Shown piece by piece: positions 57,905 to 64,000 of a stretch of DNA of 64,000 nucleotides (positions are counted from its first letter, which is position 1; each line of letters begins with the position of its first letter). Location: contig DVGI01000020.1 of NCBI GenBank assembly GCA_018712805.1, positions 51,725 to 115,724 on the forward strand, read 5' to 3'. Source of the stretch: Candidatus Fimenecus excrementavium (lineage in GTDB: Bacteria > Bacillota > Clostridia > Oscillospirales > Acutalibacteraceae). The notes under the pieces were generated by a model that saw only the letters and a program-made list of their open reading frames with translations, did not search any database and was not told where the DNA came from. The position numbers and the translations under genes were made by a program.

Positions 57905-57961
57905 GCTCTCATATTCCGGTTTTTGGCCCTCTTTGTGCCGGCATTTCCTTGTTGCTAAGAA

Positions 57962-59113
57962 TTACCGCCGTTCCAAAAGGCAGACGCACTCAATATGCTT
58001 CGTGTGCGGAAACATATCGACCGGCTGGATTTTGCGGACACGATAGCCGTTTTTCGAAAGGAACACAAGGTCGCGGCGCAAGGTTTCGGGGTTGCAGGAA
58101 ACATAGACGACTCTTTTCGGCGAGAGTGTCAAAAGCGACGACAAAAAGGCACGGTCACTCCCGGCACGCGGCGGGTCCATGAGCACCACGTCTGCTTTTT
58201 CGCCGGCTTTTGCCATGCCGGTCATAAATTCGCCGGCGTCCGCTTTGAAAAACCGGATATTTTGAACGTCGTTTAATTTTGCGTTTTCGCGCGCGTCCGC
58301 CACGGCGTCGCCGTTTAATTCCACGCCGATGACCTGTTTTGCGCGCCCGGCGGCAAAAATGCCGATGGTGCCCGTCCCGCAATAAGCGTCAATGACCGTT
58401 TCGCGCCCGGTAAGCCCGGCAAATTCCAGCGCCTTTTGATAAAGCACCTCGGTTTGCGCGGGGTTGATTTGATAAAACGCGCGCGCCGAAATGCGAAATA
58501 CGCAGTCGCCGAGCTGTTCTTCGATTTTGCCCGGACCGAAAAGCACTTCCTCCTGCGCGCCCAACACCATACTGGTGCGCCCGGGGTTGACATTTTGCAA
58601 AACCGTGGTAATTTCAGGGTGGGCGTGCAAAAGGGCATTGACAAACGACCGCTTTTTCGGGAACTCGCGAACGCCGGTCACCAAAACGACCATAATTTGT
58701 CCGCTTTTAAACCCGCGTTTGACGAGCACATGCCGCAAAAAGCCGCGCCCGGTGTCGGGGTTATAGGGTTTTAATTTAAAACTCTTTAAAAGCCGGCGCA
58801 CCGTACCGATGATTTCGTCGGCTTTCTCGTCTTCGGTAAGACAGGTTTCAACCGCCACCACGCGGTGGGACGCTGCCTGATAGACGCCGGAAATGATATT
58901 TCCGCGCCGGTCCTCGGAAAAAGCCGCCTGTACCTTATTGCGATAGTGGTAGGGGTGTTCCATGCCCAAAATTTCTTCGACGCGGCAAAACTGCCCCAAA
59001 AGGCGAATGCACTGCACCTGTTTATATTGCAGTTGTTTTTCGTAAGACAGGTTTTGGAGCTGGCACCCACCGCATTTTTTCGCAAGCGGACAGCGTTTTT
59101 CGCTTTTTTCCAA
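57962..59113 (-). CDS. 23S rRNA (uracil-5-)-methyltransferase, RlmCD/RumA family
   Basis: 383 aa; Fe-S cysteines CPLAKKCGGCQLQ; SAM motif VIDAYCGTGTIG; catalytic VYVSCNPETLRRD. Confidence 0.85.
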   Translation of the reverse strand: MEKSEKRCPLAKKCGGCQLQNLSYEKQLQYKQVQCIRLLGQFCRVEEILGMEHPYHYRNKVQAAFSEDRRGNIISGVYQAASHRVVAVETCLTEDEKADEIIGTVRRLLKSFKLKPYNPDTGRGFLRHVLVKRGFKSGQIMVVLVTGVREFPKKRSFVNALLHAHPEITTVLQNVNPGRTSMVLGAQEEVLFGPGKIEEQLGDCVFRISARAFYQINPAQTEVLYQKALEFAGLTGRETVIDAYCGTGTIGIFAAGRAKQVIGVELNGDAVADARENAKLNDVQNIRFFKADAGEFMTGMAKAGEKADVVLMDPPRAGSDRAFLSSLLTLSPKRVVYVSCNPETLRRDLVFLSKNGYRVRKIQPVDMFPHTKHIECVCLLERR

Positions 59114-59374
59114 CGGCGTTTTCCTCCCTTCGCGTTTTTCTTATGGTAGCATTTTTCCCATTTCTTTGCAACTGCGCCGGATTGTTAAATCATTAACACG
59201 ACCTGTTAAAATGTTTTATTCTTTTTTTGAAAGTGTTCAAGCCCCTCGGGTTTTCCTTAAAATTTTTCGAATTTCACGGTTGATTCCCGCTTGAAAACGG
59301 CAAATAAAGAACAATTTGACAAGATGCACAAATTAGGGGTGCGAAATTTGTGTAACATTTCGACTGCTTACCTC

Positions 59375-59403
59375 TTTAAAAAAACGTAGCTGTATGCTAT
59401 ACT
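59375..59403 (+). promoter_or_regulatory. Promoter candidate for the 48-aa peptide gene
   Basis: TTTAAA, 17 nt, TGcTATACT (extended -10). Confidence 0.4.
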
Positions 59404-59443
59404 TTCCATACAGAGAGATATTTTGGTAAAGGAGATGAAACCA

Positions 59444-59590
59444 ATGGATCAACTCGGCAGCATTCTTAACACCATTATGGAGGCGCTTTCCAGCTTCCTT
59501 CCGATGGATGAGATCACAGGCGCGCTTCAGCCGGTTCTTGACACCATAATGAAGCTTCTTGAACCCATCATCGGCAGCCTTATGGGCTAA
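59444..59590 (+). CDS. Unannotated 48-aa anionic amphipathic peptide (51 aa if started at 59435)
   Basis: AAAGGAG SD lies 9 nt upstream. MDQLGSILNTIMEALSSFLPMDEITGALQPVLDTIMKLLEPIIGSLMG, with the internal repeat L-x-x-[IV]-L-[ND]-T-I-M-[EK]-x-L. Below the ORF-track cutoff. Confidence 0.5.
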   Translation: MDQLGSILNTIMEALSSFLPMDEITGALQPVLDTIMKLLEPIIGSLMG

Positions 59591-59603
59591 TCATTTTTGC
59601 GTG

Positions 59604-59640
59604 AAAAGCGGCGGCGTATTACACGCCGCCGCTTTTTTAT
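59604..59640 (+). terminator. Rho-independent terminator after the peptide gene
   Basis: GCGGCGGCGT-5 nt-ACGCCGCCGC followed by T6. The next gene's SD follows directly. Confidence 0.8.
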
Positions 59641-59656
59641 TTTTAGGAGTGATATT

Positions 59657-60226
59657 TTGAAAGGCTGTAAAAAGCTTTTGGTGAGCGGCCTTTTGGTCTG
59701 TCTGTTATTTAGCGGCTGCGGCGCACAAGACACGGAATCTACCACCGCGCCCGCCACTACGGTTCCGGCAACAACCACTGCGCCCGCGGCGACAACGACG
59801 ACCACCGCGCCCGCGCCGGAAACCACCACCCAAGCGGCGACCATCGTGTTCGGCGGGGAAGTGTATACCGTTCCCGAAAAAAGCGGAGATATGCTTTTCA
59901 CCGATGACCCGAGCAACAAATTTATTCGCGCGGTCACCGACAAATACGGCGTGGACGCTTCGCTTTTGGCTTGCATTTATAAAAACCCGGCGAGCGACAG
60001 CAACTTTGTCTGGCAGTTCAACGGGCAAAAAGATGCCGACGGCAAGCCGGTTCGGACCCCGGACACCTTAAAATATGTCTATTTGCTTTCTGCGGATTGC
60101 ACAAGTATTGTGCGCGCCGGCGGCTTTACCGGAAATGACGGCGTCAATATCGCAAGCGGCGTTTTGATGATGCAAACCGCCAAGCGGCTGATGATTCCCG
60201 AATTTCAAGACCAGCTAAATGCATAA
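59657..60226 (+). CDS. Lipoprotein with a T/P/A-rich linker, unknown function
   Basis: 189 aa from a TTG start: (M)KGCKKLLVSGLLVCLLFSGC (lipobox), then TTAPATTVPATTTAPAATTTTTAPAPETTT. AGGAG SD. Confidence 0.7.
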   Translation: MKGCKKLLVSGLLVCLLFSGCGAQDTESTTAPATTVPATTTAPAATTTTTAPAPETTTQAATIVFGGEVYTVPEKSGDMLFTDDPSNKFIRAVTDKYGVDASLLACIYKNPASDSNFVWQFNGQKDADGKPVRTPDTLKYVYLLSADCTSIVRAGGFTGNDGVNIASGVLMMQTAKRLMIPEFQDQLNA

Positions 60227-60243
60227 ACTTTTGAAAAATATAT

Positions 60244-60275
60244 CCCCCGATAGTTTCCTGTCGGGGGTCTTTTTA
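60244..60275. terminator. Rho-independent terminator between convergent genes
   Basis: CCCCCGA-10 nt-TCGGGGG followed by TCTTTTTAT. Confidence 0.75.
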
Positions 60276-61220
60276 TTCTATGCCGGCGTCTAAAATGTGC
60301 ATCGTGCGAAGCGCGCGGTTTTCGATTGTGTCTAAAACCGCAAACGCATAAGGCTCTAAATAGGTTTCGCCGGATTTCTTTTGCACGATTTTTGCGGCGG
60401 CAAGGCGGTCTAACAGCGCGGCGGCAATTCGCTCGATTTCTTCGGCTGTTTTTTCGTTTGCCGGCGCCGAAAGGAGCGCCGCCAGGCGGTCGGGCAGGTC
60501 TCCCGCGCCCGGCAGTTCCCGCGCGGCGCGGAATTGCCACTTGTAAAACGGCATATAGCGTTTATCCAATAAAAACAGCAAGTGCAGCGCCGCCGAGACA
60601 AATTCGTTGCGCGCCAAAAGCGCCGCGCCCGGTTCGCCGTGCGCAAGACAACGGTTGAAATTATATTGCCCGCTTTGCGCCGTTAAGCACAAGCAGGCGG
60701 CGATTTTTTTGCGGCGGACATCCTCGGGGTAAAAATCCAAAAGCGTTTGCCGAATCGAAGAAAACACCCCCGCGCCGTCATAAAACACCGCGCCGTTTGT
60801 CGCGTTCGAAAGCGCATATTCCGGCGTGTAAAGCCACTCTTCTGCCGTTTCGGGCGCGTGCGGAAGGCCGATAAGTTCACGGTAAAAGTCGGAAATCCGA
60901 AACACGCCGACGCGGCTGTTGCCGTAATAGCTGTGCGCCTGCATTTTCACGCCCAAAAACGATTTCGGCAGGCGGTTGTAAGCGCGCATCAGCGGAAAGC
61001 CGAACGCCTGTTCCGCTTCGTCGGTAAGCCAAAAGCAAAAGCCCGCTTCGAAATCGTGGTCTTTGGATTGCTCGTCGTCATAGCCGAAGCACTCCGACCC
61101 GCGGCCGACCAGTCCCGCGGCAATTTGGTCTTTTTGCGCGGCAAATTCGTTTTCGAGAAGCGGCAAGCCGTAGGTTTCAAAATACCGCCGCGCGAGTTCA
61201 AGCCCCTGCATAAAACGCAT
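60273..61220 (-). CDS. DUF4037-like protein with an N-terminal Pol-beta-type nucleotidyltransferase motif
   Basis: 315 aa; GLVGRGSECFGYDDEQSKDHDFE fits the G-[GS]-x(n)-D-x-[DE] NTase pattern. Its start overlaps the upstream TPR gene by 23 nt. Confidence 0.65.
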   Translation of the reverse strand: MRFMQGLELARRYFETYGLPLLENEFAAQKDQIAAGLVGRGSECFGYDDEQSKDHDFEAGFCFWLTDEAEQAFGFPLMRAYNRLPKSFLGVKMQAHSYYGNSRVGVFRISDFYRELIGLPHAPETAEEWLYTPEYALSNATNGAVFYDGAGVFSSIRQTLLDFYPEDVRRKKIAACLCLTAQSGQYNFNRCLAHGEPGAALLARNEFVSAALHLLFLLDKRYMPFYKWQFRAARELPGAGDLPDRLAALLSAPANEKTAEEIERIAAALLDRLAAAKIVQKKSGETYLEPYAFAVLDTIENRALRTMHILDAGIE

Positions 61221-62025
61221 CCGCCCTTTCTGTTAAGCGCTTCGCCTGTTTGAAAAAGCCATAATAGCCATAGGCTTCGGAAAGTTTCCGGCAGACAAAC
61301 GCATATTCTTCGTCGTGCACCGTTTTGGGGTCTTCCAAAAGTGCAAACGCCGAAAGCAAAAGATTTTCAATTTCCGTTTCCGGCGCCTCTTTCGCCGCAT
61401 ACAAATCCGCAAGGTTGACAAGCGTCACCGCCCGGTCAGGCGCGGTGTCGGGGTTTTGCTCTAAAATGCGAAGCGCCGCGCGGTAGTTTTCTTCTGCCTC
61501 ATCCAAGCGCGAAAGCGCGGTCAGCGTTGTTGCAAGGTTGTTGTAAAGCGCCGCAAAGCGCAAATCGGTTTTGTGGAGTTCCCTTTCATAAACCGCTTTT
61601 GCCTTGTCGTAAAGCGGCAGGGCGCGTTCGGGTTGGTCGAATGCCTTACAGGTGGTGGCGGCGTTTAAAAGAATGGTCGCCGTGGAAAGAAGCCCCTCCC
61701 CGCCGATTTCCGCAATCAGCTGAAGGCAGCGTTCCACCGCCGCAAGCCCCCAGGGCTTGTCGCCTATGCGCCTCGAAAGCCCGAGCACCTCGTTTTGCAC
61801 CGATAATTCGCCTCGCCGGTCGTTAAGCGCTTTTGCGTCTTCAATCCAATAACGCAAAACCCTTGCGCCCTCGGCGTAATTTTCACGCGCCAAGCAGTCG
61901 TCGAGTTTGCGAATCACCGCATCAACCGGAATATGTCCCTGCGGCTTTTTGGGGTCAAAATTATAAAACGCTTCGCCGCCGCAAAGTGCACAGGCGGGTT
62001 CTTTATAATCCAACGGGTCGAGCAT
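61198..62025 (-). CDS. Tetratricopeptide-repeat protein
   Basis: 275 aa; TPR units such as ALYNNLATTLTALSRLDEAEENYRAALRILEQ; N-terminal CALCGG. Confidence 0.75.
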   Translation of the reverse strand: MLDPLDYKEPACALCGGEAFYNFDPKKPQGHIPVDAVIRKLDDCLARENYAEGARVLRYWIEDAKALNDRRGELSVQNEVLGLSRRIGDKPWGLAAVERCLQLIAEIGGEGLLSTATILLNAATTCKAFDQPERALPLYDKAKAVYERELHKTDLRFAALYNNLATTLTALSRLDEAEENYRAALRILEQNPDTAPDRAVTLVNLADLYAAKEAPETEIENLLLSAFALLEDPKTVHDEEYAFVCRKLSEAYGYYGFFKQAKRLTERADAFYAGA

Positions 62026-62087
62026 AGTGTCCTCCGAATCTGCGCCGAGCGCAAAATGCTTGTAAATTTAGGTCGGCATCTAAAGGT

Positions 62088-62116
62088 ATAATACCTTAAA
62101 TCGTTATGCTTGTCAA
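62088..62116 (-). promoter_or_regulatory. Sigma-A promoter candidate for the TPR/DUF4037 pair
   Basis: Minus strand: TTGACA, 17 nt, TATTAT, about 60 nt upstream of the ATG at 62025. Confidence 0.6.
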
Positions 62117-62199
62117 CAGTAATAGGAACTATTACTGATTATAGAGTAGGGGCACGAACAGCCAGCCAAACTGCTTTTTGGAAAGGTTGTATTATGGCA

Positions 62200-62400
62200 G
62201 TATATCGTCGTTTCGCCCTTGATAACCGCATAAAACCAAGACCGTGCGGGCGGGGTGAAAACGGAACCGCCTTCCCGCGCGGGTAGTCGGGAAGACGGGA
62301 TTTCCCCGGACAAGCCGCGGAGACAGCAACCGAAAAACGGGCATTGCTCTGTTTTGCCGCACAGGATATACTTTGGCATATGCTCCGGGAAAAAACAGGG
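62200..62400. other. GC-rich, hairpin-dense non-coding block inside an AT-rich intergenic region (unclassified)
   Basis: Examples: GCGGGCGG...CCGCCTTCCCGC, and CGGGATTTCCCCG. The overlapping track ORFs have no SD and junk-like composition. Confidence 0.2.
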
Positions 62401-62564
62401 ATTTTCACAAAAAATTTCTGAAATTCTATGGATATGTTACAATGGCAAAATGCACAAGAGAAAAACTTAAAAATTGTCTGCGGCGCGCTCCGAATTGTAT
62501 AATTTGTAAAGGAAATCAAACAGACAGTAATTCGTCAAAGCTTTAACAAACTTTATAAACAATG

Positions 62565-62650
62565 GTTCAAAACCCGGTTTTTGTTCAAAAATCGGCGTTT
62601 TTTGGGGTACTTTTTAACAGTTTGAACAGGGTTTTGAACATTTTTGAACA
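62565..62650. repeat. Array of five GTTCAAAA/TTTTGAAC motifs, including an 11-bp perfect inverted repeat
   Basis: GTTCAAAA at 62565 and 62583. TTTGAAC / TTTTGAAC at 62621, 62632 and 62642. GTTCAAAACCC (62565-62575) is the exact reverse complement of 62629-62639. Confidence 0.7.
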
Positions 62651-62813
62651 AAACTATTTTATACTCTTTGTATATTTAATTTTTTCAAAACTTTGGTGAA
62701 AATCCCATATTGACAGATTTTGCGCCTGTTTTCTGCTTCCGATTTTTACCGCTTCGCATAAATTTTTGGTTTTGTTCCCATACTATAAAAAACAAGACGC
62801 GGAGGCAGAAAAA

Positions 62814-63077
62814 ATGGTTAAGGGAATCAATCGGCAGGTATTGGAAATTCGCGAAACGGGGTCGCCGTATTTTGAGCGCGCGTTCTTTTTTGTAAGCCCC
62901 GAATTTTCGGACACGGACGAGAAAAAACTGCGCGCGGCGGCGGCAAATGCGTTAAGTTCCGCGGACAGAGTGCCGAAAACCCGACACAAAAAGCGCCGCG
63001 ATGTTTTGTTTTGGCTGACCTCGTCCGGCGTTGCCGCCGGGATCGGCGCGCTGATTACCGCGCTTTGCACGCAATAA
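62814..63077 (+). CDS. Small tail-anchored membrane protein, 87 aa, unknown function
   Basis: GGAGG SD; MVKGINRQVLEIRETGSPYFERAFFFVSPEF...; C-terminal TM VLFWLTSSGVAAGIGALITALC. Confidence 0.65.
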   Translation: MVKGINRQVLEIRETGSPYFERAFFFVSPEFSDTDEKKLRAAAANALSSADRVPKTRHKKRRDVLFWLTSSGVAAGIGALITALCTQ

Positions 63078-63152
63078 TTTTTTCATCTCGCAAAACGGAC
63101 GCAAAAGCAAAGAAAAGCACCCGCCAATATAGACGGGTGTCCGTAAAACAGT

Positions 63153-63192
63153 TAATCCTCCGTATGGCTTAGACCATGCGGAGGATTTGTTT
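63153..63192 (+). terminator. Terminator-like hairpin after the 87-aa gene
   Basis: AATCCTCCGtATGG-5 nt-CCATGCGGAGGATT followed by TGTTTAT. Confidence 0.55.
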
Positions 63193-63196
63193 ATGT

Positions 63197-63436
63197 CTAA
63201 TCTTCAAACTTGCTGGCGGCAAACGGTTTGTCAAAACCGTTTGCGGATGGCAAGTCCACAAGGGATAGCCGCATAAGCGGCGCAAGGGGGTGTAGCCACC
63301 TTGACGGAACGAAGTGACGCAACATTCCCGGTCGGGCAGTTTTCTTCTGCTGACCGGGAATGAAGCTCCACAGGACGCACATACTCCCGATAGGAGAGTA
63401 TAGAAGTGCGCCCTTTAGTTCCTAAAGGGATTTTAT
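63197..63436 (+). ncRNA. Candidate structured small RNA of unknown class, ending in an intrinsic terminator
   Basis: Hairpins in series: ACTTGC[...GGCAAACGGTTT-4-AAACCGTTTGC...]GCAAGT; GCCGC-4-GCGGC; CATTCCCGGTC-18-GACCGGGAATG; TACTCC-5-GGAGAGTA. It ends with CCCTTTAG-3-CTAAAGGG plus ATTTTAT. No plausible ORF and no obvious promoter. Confidence 0.25.
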
Positions 63437-63473
63437 CAGTTCGCCAAACTGAAAGTTTCCGTTGCTTGTCTAT

Positions 63474-63908
63474 TTATATAAAGCCTCTTTTTTTTGCTCC
63501 TTCAATCAATATAGGTTGAATTAAAGGATATGTCCAATTTTCAACTAACTTATCTGAAATCAATATCTTCTCAATCTCACTATGTAATTCCTCAAATGAG
63601 TTAATGTCTGCAATAAATAACATTCCGAAAGTTTCATCATCAATATTTTCATTTACTCGTGTCTTTCCTTTAACAGAATACACACATATTGGTTCAATTC
63701 TAAAATCAACTGCTCCTGTTTCTTCTTGTAATTCTCTTTTAGCTGTTTCTAAAATACTCTCTCCAGGTTCTCTGTGACCTCCTGGTATTTCATAAGTCTC
63801 TCTTTCTTTGTGTTTACAGAATACCCACTTGTTATCTGTTTTGGATATTATCACTGCAAACTTCAAAAATTCATCTGCGACATTGTCATAAAATTTTACT
63901 TCTACCAT
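63474..63908 (-). CDS. NUDIX hydrolase (MutT-like) in very low-GC DNA
   Basis: 144 aa; Nudix box GGHREPGESILETAKRELQEETGA. The row at 63601 is 27% GC by hand count. Confidence 0.85.
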   Translation of the reverse strand: MVEVKFYDNVADEFLKFAVIISKTDNKWVFCKHKERETYEIPGGHREPGESILETAKRELQEETGAVDFRIEPICVYSVKGKTRVNENIDDETFGMLFIADINSFEELHSEIEKILISDKLVENWTYPLIQPILIEGAKKRGFI

Positions 63909-64000
63909 TCTATCAATACCTCGTCAAATAAGAATTTATCTAACTGTTTTATGAATTAAAATCTACTGATTGTAATGATACAACACTTCTTTTCCATGCC

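Noticed and set aside
62255-62345. Cobalamin riboswitch, suggested by the strings GGTGAAAAC, CCCGC and AGTCGGGAAGAC (B12-box-like).
   Set aside because: The conserved GCCACTG element and GGGAA junction are missing, the spacing is wrong, and no B12-related gene lies downstream on either strand.
62442-62546. A 34-aa Cys-containing ORF (MAKCTREKLKNCLRRAPNCIICKGNQ...).
   Set aside because: It has no SD, lies within candidate promoter sequence for the downstream gene, and I cannot assess conservation.
63197-63436. Identity as tmRNA, tRNA, SRP RNA, 6S RNA, RNase P RNA or group II intron domain V/VI.
   Set aside because: It lacks a T-loop (GGTTCGAATCC-type), a tmRNA tag frame, the SRP GGAA/AGCA helix-8 motif, GAGGAAAGTCC, and an AGC-bulge-GNRA domain V. 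The class is left open.
1-64000. tRNA or rRNA genes, intact IS/transposase, integrase, prophage or known defence genes.
   Set aside because: None were recognised by eye on either strand. A tRNAscan, Infernal and ISfinder run would be needed to be certain.

Overview
This 64-kb window looks like chromosomal DNA from a spore-forming Clostridia-class Firmicute. The taxonomy is inferred from spoIIE, spoVT, gene content and SD/promoter style; an Oscillospiraceae/Ruminococcaceae-like origin is only a guess. All family names come from motifs I recognised by eye, since no searches were run. Most genes lie on the minus strand. The backbone is G+C-rich: a hand-counted 60-nt row at 20401 is 60% GC. Housekeeping content includes the 5' end of the S10 ribosomal operon (rpsJ-rplC-rplD-rplW-rplB), proS, acpP, ppdK, rsmA, prfA and nfo, plus sugar and amino-acid enzymes, two M42 peptidases, a MarR/ABC-exporter/APH(3') block and sporulation genes. 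Several visibly A+T-richer accessory patches interrupt the backbone. (1) At 6972-15352, beside a two-component system, is a surface-protein locus. It encodes a 1665-aa dockerin-bearing giant protein, two cohesin-like secreted proteins and two unannotated paralogous acidic micro-ORFs (44 and 40 aa), ending in a strong terminator. I consider this the most interesting candidate system. (2) Three tandem paralogous membrane-anchored proteins of unknown family lie downstream of spoIIE. (3) A low-GC cassette at 35.6-36.7 kb holds a TnpV-like gene scar, a canonical promoter, a roughly 320-nt structured leader and a basic/acidic small-protein pair. (4) A low-GC island starts at about 63.44 kb, preceded by a terminator-capped structured element that may be an ncRNA. 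Other features are a 92-bp tandem repeat overlapping the kinase gene 3' end, an 18-mer inverted repeat bracketing the two-component system, a reused promoter cassette and a GTTCAAAA motif array. I saw no tRNA, rRNA, CRISPR array or intact transposase.
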